This document shows positions 38,087 through 46,094 of a stretch of DNA of 54,115 bases, one piece after another (position 1 is the stretch's first letter; the number at the start of each line of letters is the position of its first letter). The translations under genes were made by a program, and so were the position numbers. Under the pieces are notes generated by a model that saw nothing but the letters and a program-made list of their open reading frames with translations, had not been told where the DNA came from and did no database searches. The DNA comes from Candidatus Zixiibacteriota bacterium (GTDB lineage Bacteria > Zixibacteria > MSB-5A5 > GN15 > FEB-12): the NCBI GenBank assembly GCA_020344395.1, contig CP070824.1, forward strand, positions 1,836,072 to 1,890,186. Reading direction: 5' to 3'.

Positions 38087-38103
38087 AACAAGTTTCATGC
38101 CGG
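38087..38103 (-). promoter_or_regulatory. Weak sigma-54-like (-24/-12) promoter candidate upstream of the Omp85-like gene
   Basis: Minus strand reads CCGGCATGAAACTTGTT, against the consensus TGGCACG-N4-TTGCW. GG and TTG are correctly spaced, but the -12 reads GT rather than GC. A palindrome CGTGTGATGAACACACG lies about 60 nt upstream (38154-38170). Confidence 0.25.
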
Positions 38104-38189
38104 CAAGTCAAGTTGTGTTTGGTCAAGCAATTAGGCGGAATGATTGACGATAAGCGTGTGTTCATCACACGGGCAGGCACATTTTCTGG

Positions 38190-39533
38190 TCATGAGTTCT
38201 TAAGCCCATACTCTTTCACTTTCTTGGACAGATGAGCCCGATCGACCTTCAGCTTGCGAGCTGCCTGTGATATATTGCCGCGGGATTCCCGCAGGGTGCC
38301 GGCAATCAATTGCCTTTCATAAGCACTGACCTGCTCCGACAGCGAACCGGATGATCGGCTCGCTGCCGATGCAAGTACTGAACCGCGGGGATCAGCAGCC
38401 AGATCGTCGGGTTCGATCCTCTGACCTCTGTATTGGATGGTGAGCCGCTCGATCAGGTTCTTCAGCTGACGAACATTTCCGGGCCAGTCGAGCGAACTGA
38501 GGTAGGCCAGGGCAGAAGCGCTGAGTTGTGTCGCTCCGGTCGGGTCGTATCGGCGGAGAAAGTCACCCACCAGCAAGGGTATGTCTTCTGCGCGTTCGGC
38601 CAGTGACGGCACATGAATCTCAAAGACGGAGATACGATAATATAAATCGGCACGGAATCTTCCGTCGGCGACCAACCTCTCCAGGTCGTGATTTGTCGCG
38701 CAGATAATCCGCACGTCAACTTTGCGGCGTGTATCCGAGCCCAAAGTCTCGATCTCACCCGTCTCCAGAGCTCTCAGAAGCTTGGCCTGGCAGGGTAAAG
38801 GGAGGTCGCCTATTTCGTCGAGGAACATCGTCCCGCCGTCGGCAAGCGCGAATTTACCGGGGTAGTCTCTGACAGATCCGGTAAATGACCCTTTCATGTG
38901 GCCGAACAGTTCGGATTCAAACAGTGTCTCAGGAATGCCGGGGCAATTCACCTTTACAAAGGGACTCTGACGGCGGTTGCTTCCCAGATAAACCTGTGTC
39001 GCCACCAGTTCCTTTCCAGTGCCGTTTTCTCCGGTCACCAGAACGGTCGTATCGGTAGGGGCGACATCTGCGATAGTCGCGGTCAGGCTTGAGATGGCCT
39101 TGGATTCTCCGAGGATGCGACATGTTTCTTCCATTTCGCCAACCTGAACTGCTCGCTGGCGGTTAGCTGTCACCAGAGCCAGACAGGCTCGCACCGATGC
39201 TATCAGCTTCTCCGGCGGCACGGGCTTTTCCAGGAAGTCGGCCGCCCCCAGCCGCACCGCATCCAACGCCATAGGGATATCCGCCTGCCCGGATACAACA
39301 AGCACCACGGGCGGCCAGCTCTCACCCTTGAGTTGCCTAAGGAAGTCGATGCCCGACATACCCGGTAGCTGCAAGTCAAGGACGATCAGATCAAACGACC
39401 GTCTGGCGCACTTCTCAACAGCCGCCTCCGCGGTCTCCGTGATCGCGGTTTCATATCCCTCGTCCTTTAGCAGGGACGAAAAGGAGAGCGTGATGTTTGG
39501 CTCGTCGTCTACAATCAGGATGCTCGCTGCCAT
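38190..39533 (-). CDS. Sigma-54-dependent response regulator (NtrC/NtrX family: REC-AAA+-Fis HTH)
   Basis: 447 aa. REC domain with DLIVLDLQLPGMSG, Walker A GENGTGKE, ESELFGH, the GAFTGA-equivalent loop GSFTGS, and a C-terminal HTH NISQAARKLKVDRAHLSKKV. Confidence 0.9.
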   Translation of the reverse strand: MAASILIVDDEPNITLSFSSLLKDEGYETAITETAEAAVEKCARRSFDLIVLDLQLPGMSGIDFLRQLKGESWPPVVLVVSGQADIPMALDAVRLGAADFLEKPVPPEKLIASVRACLALVTANRQRAVQVGEMEETCRILGESKAISSLTATIADVAPTDTTVLVTGENGTGKELVATQVYLGSNRRQSPFVKVNCPGIPETLFESELFGHMKGSFTGSVRDYPGKFALADGGTMFLDEIGDLPLPCQAKLLRALETGEIETLGSDTRRKVDVRIICATNHDLERLVADGRFRADLYYRISVFEIHVPSLAERAEDIPLLVGDFLRRYDPTGATQLSASALAYLSSLDWPGNVRQLKNLIERLTIQYRGQRIEPDDLAADPRGSVLASAASRSSGSLSEQVSAYERQLIAGTLRESRGNISQAARKLKVDRAHLSKKVKEYGLKNS

Positions 39534-39539
39534 GTGACC

Positions 39540-40973
39540 TTACCGTATGGGTATTTCAAGAGTTACTGTTGTCCCTTCGTCCGGGCTCGACTCCACCCGG
39601 AGCTGTCCGCCGAGTTCAGCGATTGACTTCTCTACGATGGCCAGGCCCAACCCGGTGCCCTTCTCCTTGGTCGTGTAATAGGGTAAACTGGCCTGTGCCA
39701 TAACGTCCGACTTCATTCCAACACCGCCGTCGCTGACTATGATAAGAGCCCGATCATCTCCGGCGGCCAGGCGAAGTTCGACTCTCTGACCCTTCGAGGT
39801 AGCATCAATGGCGTTCTGCACCAAGTTGTGTAGTGCCTCTCTGAGATAGGCCAGATCGGAGTTGACGACCAGGCCGGACGGCGGTGCCACCACGATGAAA
39901 TCGCGCTCTTCCAGTTGTTCGCGGTAAAGGTTGGAGATTGATGCGAGCAGGGCCGTCAGATCAACGACTCCGAGCTTTGGGGGCGGCAGTTTGGCGAGGT
40001 GGGAGAATCGTTCGGCCAATTGCCTGAGGTGCTTGACCTCCTCGGAAGCGGCCTTGAGAGGTTCATATATCTGATCGTATGCATCGGTGTCGGCCAGCTG
40101 TTTCTCTATTCTGTAGAGTGACACCAGCAAGGGCTGCAAAGGGTTTCTCAGTTCATGAGCAAATCGTCGTGCCACCTGACGCCATGCTGCTACGCGCTCG
40201 GTCTGAGCAAGGCGTCGCGTTGTATCATCGAGTCGCCGTGCCATGTGGTTGAAGCTGTCGATAAGCGAGGCTACCTCGCCATCCCCGGTGCGTTGTATTT
40301 GCTGCTGAAACTCGCCCGCGGCAATCTTCTGCGAGGCTTTGCTTAATTGCTGCAAAGGTCGGGCCAGGCGGCGGGAGAGTCGGGATGACAGGTACCAGGC
40401 TCCCAATATGCTGGCTCCGGAGACAATGATGAAGAGAAGGGACAGAAACAGTAAATATTCTGAGCGTAACCGACGGCTGACATTCTGTGCGGCCGTTCCG
40501 CGGTGAATCATTTCAAGGAGCGCGCCATATGCCTCGTCATGGATAATTCCCCCATAAATGAATCGAGTGGAGTCAATCGGCCTGACCACGAACTGACAGA
40601 GTGTGTTGTTCAGTACCACAAATCCCCTGGATTTGGCCCTTCCCGCCTCAACGATGCGACCGGCCAGATCCGGGGAGAGCCGGTGGTGCGTCTTTATGGC
40701 TTCCGTTCCGTCGGTATCTGATAGAAAGACGAAGTCAGGAAATCCCGGGGAGGCCATCTGCGATGAAGCGGTCTCGACGAGGGCGCTCTCAAGGCGGTCG
40801 AAGAGGATGTTGCTATGATATTCTGCGATCTGCGACGGGTCGGAAGGCGAATCGGGACGGAACATTTCGCTCTCCGTCGTCAGATAGTAGCCGATCAAGG
40901 TGATGATGATGATCGGGACGATTGAAAAGACCAGGAAGAGCCTGAACAGTCTGCCCTGGAAGCCGGCTTTCAT
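39540..40973 (-). CDS. Membrane sensor histidine kinase (NtrY-like: 2 TM-HAMP-HisKA-HATPase)
   Basis: 477 aa with two TM helices flanking a periplasmic loop of about 150 aa. HAMP (LARPLQQLSKASQKIAAGEF), H-box FAHELRNPLQPL, N-box LVQNAIDA, and G2 GTGLGLAIVEK. Ends 6 nt upstream of the regulator gene. Confidence 0.85.
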   Translation of the reverse strand: MKAGFQGRLFRLFLVFSIVPIIIITLIGYYLTTESEMFRPDSPSDPSQIAEYHSNILFDRLESALVETASSQMASPGFPDFVFLSDTDGTEAIKTHHRLSPDLAGRIVEAGRAKSRGFVVLNNTLCQFVVRPIDSTRFIYGGIIHDEAYGALLEMIHRGTAAQNVSRRLRSEYLLFLSLLFIIVSGASILGAWYLSSRLSRRLARPLQQLSKASQKIAAGEFQQQIQRTGDGEVASLIDSFNHMARRLDDTTRRLAQTERVAAWRQVARRFAHELRNPLQPLLVSLYRIEKQLADTDAYDQIYEPLKAASEEVKHLRQLAERFSHLAKLPPPKLGVVDLTALLASISNLYREQLEERDFIVVAPPSGLVVNSDLAYLREALHNLVQNAIDATSKGQRVELRLAAGDDRALIIVSDGGVGMKSDVMAQASLPYYTTKEKGTGLGLAIVEKSIAELGGQLRVESSPDEGTTVTLEIPIR

Positions 40974-41560
40974 GAGGACGGACTACTGTTAGGGCTGGAA
41001 CGAAATCTTCTGCTGTAATCGTCCAGGGCCCGGCGATGGGATTCGAAGGCGATCTTATCAGGAATCTCATCGAACCCGAAAAACTTCACTTCGAGAGCAT
41101 CATCCGAGGCCTGCAGACGACCCCCGATTACGTCGGCGAGGTAGAGCAGGAGTACGGCATTTACGCGCGGGTCGTCCTTGCCCGTGTACACCTCAAAGAA
41201 TCCCGTGAGTCTGACCTTGAGACCGGTTTCCTCTTCCAGTTCCCGCACGGCTGTATCGCTCGGATGCTCGCTCCATTCCATGAACCCGGCCGGAAGACAC
41301 CACCAGTTGATCTTTGGGGGGTGGGCTCGCTTCACGAGCAGCACGCGGTCGTTCTCAACTATAATGGCTGCGGCGGCCGGAACAGGATTCTGGTAATAGA
41401 TGAAGCCGCATTCAGGGCTATCGCAGATCTTTCGGGGCAGACCATCCAGGTGTTTGAGGACCAGCGGGTTTCCACAAAGGGGGCAAAAACGGTATCCGCA
41501 AAAATCGTCTTTGCGTTCAGAGACCTTCCCGGCGTCAAAGTTCTCGTGCTTAGGTTTCAT
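40970..41560 (-). CDS. NUDIX hydrolase with N-terminal C4 zinc ribbon
   Basis: 196 aa. Zinc ribbon CPLCG...CDSPECG. A perfect NUDIX box GFMEWSEHPSDTAVRELEEETGL. The start overlaps the PP2C gene by 11 nt, and the stop overlaps the kinase start (ATGA). Confidence 0.85.
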   Translation of the reverse strand: MKPKHENFDAGKVSERKDDFCGYRFCPLCGNPLVLKHLDGLPRKICDSPECGFIYYQNPVPAAAAIIVENDRVLLVKRAHPPKINWWCLPAGFMEWSEHPSDTAVRELEEETGLKVRLTGFFEVYTGKDDPRVNAVLLLYLADVIGGRLQASDDALEVKFFGFDEIPDKIAFESHRRALDDYSRRFRSSPNSSPSS

Positions 41561-43814
41561 TCATGCCACCCATGTTGTTTACCTTGAGTATCACCATCGT
41601 GGTATCATCCTGAGGTGGATAGCTGGGGTCGAAACTCTGTACGTCTCTCTTCAGCGCGTCTATGATGGCAGCCGGTTCCATGGTACGTTGCTTGACCACG
41701 AACTCCTGGATACGATCCTCGCCGTATTCCTTGCCGTCAGCGTCCATAGCCTCAGACAGTCCGTCCGTGAACAAGAACAGCAGATCATCGTCTTGAAGTT
41801 GCACGGCGGCTGACTTATAATCCATGCCGGGGAGGGCTCCGATGATCGGTCCTCCCTGGTCCAGATGTTCAACCTGTCCGTTGGCCCGCACCAGGATCGG
41901 GTAGTTATGCCCGGCGTTGGCATAGTGAAAAGCGTTGTCTTCCCGGTCATACTCTCCGTAGAACAGTGTGACGTACTTCTCTGCTGATGTGGATTTATGA
42001 ATCTGCTGATTCATGTTCTTCATTATTTCGGGGATCGGATTACCGTTGTTGACTTCACTTCGTATGATGGCCTGTATCTGGGCGATGAGCAGAGCAGCCG
42101 GCATTCCTTTGCCCGAGGCGTCAGCGATAACCACCCCCACCCGGTTTTCATCGGCCATCGGAATGAAATCGTAGAAGTCACCCCCCACCGTGCGTGAGGG
42201 TGTGGACTCTGCACAGATCATGGCGCACGGCAGGTCCGGCGGCCTTTCCGGGAGCAGATCGAGCTGAATCTGCCGGGCCATGCTCATCTCTTCCTCGAGG
42301 CGGATTTTTTCCAGCGAATCTGCATAGAGCCGTGCGTTGGTCAGGGCTGTCACCATTTGGTTGGATAAGACTCTAAGCACGTTGTAATCTTCCGGGGTGT
42401 ATCTGTATCCGGCTGCTTTGGAGGTCAGGGCCAGGAAACCGACCAGATGCTGGGCATCCTTCAGCGGCAGGATCAGGCGGACTCTCTGTTCTTTCAGGAT
42501 GGCGGCGAGGGCGGAGCCTTCTACATATTCTCTGAGACTCGCAAACGGAGTTGGTTTGTCCAGCAGGTTGATGCCCCTGAGCATCATGTCATCGCGGTTT
42601 ATGACCGTACGCCGGGGGTAGTCATCGCTCTGGAGAATAGCGTACTCTCCCACGCTGTCATCATAGAGAACAAAGTACACGTGGTCCACCAACAGAGCTG
42701 TCTTGAGGGTCTCTTCAATCGTCTGGCGCAGCTTCAGGGAGTCGAATATGGAAATCACTTGACGTGAAAAACGCTCCATGATGTTTCGGTAGTCGGTGCG
42801 GGTCCGCACGAACATGGAGCGGATAATGTTGTCAATCCAGTTGCTGAAGGTCGGGAATAACAGCAATATGAACACGATAAAGAAGTAACTGACTGTTTGG
42901 GCTCGTTCGCCGAATATGGGGGCGAGGAACTGCTCCGCTCTCAGGCTCAGGATAATGTATACTCCAACCAGAATCACCGAAGTGAGGGTATAGATAAGAG
43001 ACTGGCGGAAAACCAGCCGTACGTCGAGAAACTGGCGTCTTACAATAGCGAGGGCAAAGAACGACGCCAGAGTCATAAGGGCGGCAAAGCGGAGGAATGT
43101 TATCAGCGCATCCGGAATCTCATTGGGGAATATCTGCGATCCCAGGTACGACAGGGCGAAGAGAACGGCTGCCAGTCTGAGTCCCCGGATGACGGTGTTT
43201 GTTTGTGCAGTCAGTCTTGGATTGGTCTGTCGCCTTCTGCCGGTTTCAAGGAAGTAAAAGGCGACGGCTATGTAAAGCAGGTTGATGGTGCCAAAGACCG
43301 GCTCCGCATAGGCGCGCAGGAAGCCTAACAGGAGGGTTACCCTGGACACAACGTAGGCCAGGGGTCCCAGTACTATGCTGAATATACCCCCCTCTTCAGC
43401 GCGAGCCTCGAGGCTATCAGAGAAGTTAGCTATATCACCGAATGCCAGCATGAGCACCAAATGCATCACCTGTGGCACGAGAAGAAGGTAGATGACGGTC
43501 GGTCGCTTGAAATTTCTCAGACGATTATACGGGAAGAGTAGCGAGAATGCGACCAGCGTGGGGAAGAACAACTCCCACACCAGATAGAAGCTATATAGTG
43601 TGGTTCGTTCGATGGGCGTGGCGCCCAGTGCATCCTGAGCCATGATGGAACCCAGGGCTGCAAAGATAGGCCCCAGCCCCGCCAGGAACAGCAGGCCTCC
43701 GGTGATACGGTTGACACGGCTCGTGAAATTATCCCGAGTGACCGTAATCCCGAGAAAGACGAGAAATCCTCCGGTTACAAGAAAGAGAAGGTTCTTTATG
43801 AGGTCAGCGTTCAT
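41550..43814 (-). CDS. Membrane-bound PP2C/SpoIIE-family phosphatase (RsbU-like) with polytopic N-terminal sensor and GAF-like linker
   Basis: 754 aa with about 9-10 TM helices in the first 330 aa. PP2C motifs GGDFYDF, VVIADASGKGMPAAL and LFLFTDGLSEA. Confidence 0.85.
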   Translation of the reverse strand: MNADLIKNLLFLVTGGFLVFLGITVTRDNFTSRVNRITGGLLFLAGLGPIFAALGSIMAQDALGATPIERTTLYSFYLVWELFFPTLVAFSLLFPYNRLRNFKRPTVIYLLLVPQVMHLVLMLAFGDIANFSDSLEARAEEGGIFSIVLGPLAYVVSRVTLLLGFLRAYAEPVFGTINLLYIAVAFYFLETGRRRQTNPRLTAQTNTVIRGLRLAAVLFALSYLGSQIFPNEIPDALITFLRFAALMTLASFFALAIVRRQFLDVRLVFRQSLIYTLTSVILVGVYIILSLRAEQFLAPIFGERAQTVSYFFIVFILLLFPTFSNWIDNIIRSMFVRTRTDYRNIMERFSRQVISIFDSLKLRQTIEETLKTALLVDHVYFVLYDDSVGEYAILQSDDYPRRTVINRDDMMLRGINLLDKPTPFASLREYVEGSALAAILKEQRVRLILPLKDAQHLVGFLALTSKAAGYRYTPEDYNVLRVLSNQMVTALTNARLYADSLEKIRLEEEMSMARQIQLDLLPERPPDLPCAMICAESTPSRTVGGDFYDFIPMADENRVGVVIADASGKGMPAALLIAQIQAIIRSEVNNGNPIPEIMKNMNQQIHKSTSAEKYVTLFYGEYDREDNAFHYANAGHNYPILVRANGQVEHLDQGGPIIGALPGMDYKSAAVQLQDDDLLFLFTDGLSEAMDADGKEYGEDRIQEFVVKQRTMEPAAIIDALKRDVQSFDPSYPPQDDTTMVILKVNNMGGMNET

Positions 43815-43841
43815 ATCCCAAAGCTTCGCATTTTGAGCCGG

Positions 43842-44261
43842 TCAGAAGGCTTTTGCGATGGTGACCGTGGTTCCGGTCGTAGCAGCCTCAATGTCAACAG
43901 AATCCATGAGCGATCTCACGATGAAGATACCTCGGCCGATTTCCTTCATCAGATTTTCCTCGGCCAATGGATCTTCAATCGAATCAGGGTCAAAACCTGC
44001 ACCCTGATCAGATATAGTTATTTTGACCGAACTGTTCTCACGCAGTAATTTGATTGTGACCGACTTGTCCGCTGCTGACTTGTTGCCGTGCAGCATGGCA
44101 TTGTTTACGAGTTCCGAGACCGATATGGCGATGTCGGCTATGATCGATTCATCCACCCCGAAACCCCGCAGGGTGGCCTCGAGAAAGGCGTCGATATCGG
44201 CCAGGTACTCCTGGTCGGACGGGACTATCATGGTGTCCCCGATGATCCTGGGTCTGTCCAT
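43842..44261 (-). CDS. RsbW/SpoIIAB-like anti-sigma-type serine kinase (HATPase_c_2)
   Basis: 139 aa. N-box ELVNNAMLHG, G1 DQGAGFD, G2 GRGIFIVRSLMD. Confidence 0.75.
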   Translation of the reverse strand: MDRPRIIGDTMIVPSDQEYLADIDAFLEATLRGFGVDESIIADIAISVSELVNNAMLHGNKSAADKSVTIKLLRENSSVKITISDQGAGFDPDSIEDPLAEENLMKEIGRGIFIVRSLMDSVDIEAATTGTTVTIAKAF

Positions 44262-44346
44262 TGTTGCAGGTTACTCCAAATGAAACAGGCAGACGGTGCC
44301 CCGTCCGCCTGAGGCAACAGGATTATAGTAATTCAATACGGGTCAT

Positions 44347-44685
44347 CTATTTGAAGCTTGCCACCGCATCTTCAATTGAGTCGAAGGCTTCAAAGACCGA
44401 AACTAGCTTGGTAATTGTGAGCAGCGACTGGATTTTGTCGGTGACATTGGCCAGCTTGAGAATGCCTTCATTGTTGCGAAGAGTGGTGTAGCCGGAGATA
44501 AGGATGCCCAGCCCGGTGGAGTTCATCCAGTCAACTTTGCTCAGATCAACGACAACCTTCTTCTTCCCTTGATCGATGTATTCGTAGAGTTTGTCGTGGA
44601 GGAGGGTGGCGTCCGGTCCGCCCATGATCTTTCCCTTGGGCTCCAGGATGACAATACCATCCTGTTCGCGGTCGGCTAATCTCAT
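44347..44685 (-). CDS. STAS-domain anti-anti-sigma factor (RsbV/SpoIIAA-like)
   Basis: 112 aa. Phosphorylatable-Ser context VDWMNSTGLGILI, and the typical C-terminal helix. Confidence 0.8.
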   Translation of the reverse strand: MRLADREQDGIVILEPKGKIMGGPDATLLHDKLYEYIDQGKKKVVVDLSKVDWMNSTGLGILISGYTTLRNNEGILKLANVTDKIQSLLTITKLVSVFEAFDSIEDAVASFK

Positions 44686-44876
44686 GTCAGTTTCTCCTAA
44701 TATAACTCTTACGTAGTCGCAAAAGTCGGGTTCCGCATTTCATCATGCGGTGGCGTCAATGGATTCGTGCTAAGTTCTTAATTAGCTTGCTGTTGGCAGG
44801 CATGTCAAGACGTTTTTGCCTGACATTGGTCGGTACGGACCGAGGAGGCGGACGTAGCTCGCTGAGTCCGTTCCGC

Positions 44877-45311
44877 TTACGCGCTCTTGCGGTCGGATGA
44901 GCAAATCTCTTGATGGGCCAGTGCTTTGGTCGGGCAGAACATGGCACAGACGGGTTCACCGCCGCACAGGTCACATTTTACGACGAGACTGTGCTGGTCG
45001 TCGGGCAGGGAACATCCAAACGGGCATGCCGCCACACAGGCCATGCAGCGAACACATCTGTCGTAATCCAGCTCAAGAGCGCCTGTCTCCGGATTCCGGG
45101 CGATGGCGTCAACCAGACAAGCTTTGACGCAGGCGGCGTTTTCACACTGTAGGCAGACCACCGGTACCCAAGCCTCATCGGTGCCTGCTGATAGAGGGTA
45201 AATGCGGCTCAACCCCGGCTTACCGTTCACAGAATGGGAGAAGGCGCAGGCCAGTTCACATGTCCGGCAGCCCGTGCAGAGATTTGGAGTAACCACAAAC
45301 CGCTTATCCAT
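44877..45311 (-). CDS. CooF/HycB-like polyferredoxin (four [4Fe-4S] motifs)
   Basis: 144 aa. Motifs CTGCRTCELAC, CLQCENAACVKAC, CVRCMACVAACP and CDLCGGEPVCAMFCP. Confidence 0.8.
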   Translation of the reverse strand: MDKRFVVTPNLCTGCRTCELACAFSHSVNGKPGLSRIYPLSAGTDEAWVPVVCLQCENAACVKACLVDAIARNPETGALELDYDRCVRCMACVAACPFGCSLPDDQHSLVVKCDLCGGEPVCAMFCPTKALAHQEICSSDRKSA

Positions 45312-45314
45312 GCA

Positions 45315-46088
45315 TTACTCCTTCCGATCCCACTCAGCCAACTTGCCCAGGGTCAGAGCCAATTGGCGACGATGCGACTCGTGGTCGTGCTCGAAGTAAT
45401 CGGCCGGAATATTACGTTGCCGGGACAGATGCTCGGCAAACTCCACCGTTATCGTGGGCCGACCGGTGTCCTTGCAGGTAAGCAGCTTGAACTTCTTCCC
45501 CCAGATGGTTCGTGTTTTGCCCTTGTCCTTGTACTGAATGAAATCAGTCGGGCAGACCTGAGCGCAACTGAGGCAACCAACACAGTCCGGCGGCGGCTCC
45601 TTCAACGGGGGGGCAATCTCTTTACCATGACCTCGGTTTACCGATGAGATGGCGTGAAATCCCATGGCATCACACACTCGTGTGCAGAGAGCGCACAGAA
45701 TGCAGTTGTCTCCATCAGGGACTTTCTGGAAGCTGGTAGCCGTGATGCCATACTCGGCGGCCATTTCACGGATCAGAGCAGCGCCCGGTGATCGAGCCAG
45801 GTACAGGTCCAGCAGGGTCTTGCGCAACTCGATGACTTCCGGTGCGTGCGTGCTTATGATGAGGCCTTCTTCTGCCGGGTATAGGCATGCCGTGACATAG
45901 TTCTTCCAGCCATTCCATTCGGTCTTAGTAATTTCAACAGTACACAGTCGGCAGGCGCCGTAGGGTTCGACGGCATCGTGATGGCATGTGGAAGGGATAT
46001 CGATCTTCAGCCGCCTGATGACGGACAGGAGCATTTCGCCTTCGTCTGCTTGCACCAGTTTGCCGTTTACGGTAAGGTTTACCATCAC
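45315..46088 (-). CDS. NuoG-N-terminal / HoxU-like FeS protein ([2Fe-2S] + 2x[4Fe-4S]) with no catalytic domain
   Basis: 257 aa. 2Fe-2S context IPSTCHHDAVEPYGACRLCTVEI, plus CILCALCTRVC and CVGCLSCAQVCP. No H-cluster or molybdopterin motifs. The His-ligated cluster motif (HPLDCPxC) appears absent. ATG 46085 is an alternative start. Confidence 0.8.
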   Translation of the reverse strand: MMVNLTVNGKLVQADEGEMLLSVIRRLKIDIPSTCHHDAVEPYGACRLCTVEITKTEWNGWKNYVTACLYPAEEGLIISTHAPEVIELRKTLLDLYLARSPGAALIREMAAEYGITATSFQKVPDGDNCILCALCTRVCDAMGFHAISSVNRGHGKEIAPPLKEPPPDCVGCLSCAQVCPTDFIQYKDKGKTRTIWGKKFKLLTCKDTGRPTITVEFAEHLSRQRNIPADYFEHDHESHRRQLALTLGKLAEWDRKE

Positions 46089-46094
46089 AATCTC

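Noticed and set aside
44756-44974. 72-aa minus-strand ORF in and next to the spacer below the CooF-like gene
   Set aside because: It overlaps the 3' end of the CooF-like gene out of frame and is Arg/Pro-rich with no RBS. The spacer more likely holds the operon's 3' end (alternative hairpins ATGTCA/TGACAT and CAGGCA/TGCCTG at about 44797-44829) and the STAS-gene promoter.
44877-46088. Possibility that the operon encodes a cryptic [FeFe]-hydrogenase or formate dehydrogenase
   Set aside because: Neither the 257-aa nor the 144-aa FeS protein contains H-cluster motifs (TSCCP / MPC..K / E.M.C..GC..G type) or a molybdopterin-binding domain. No such ORF exists elsewhere in the window.
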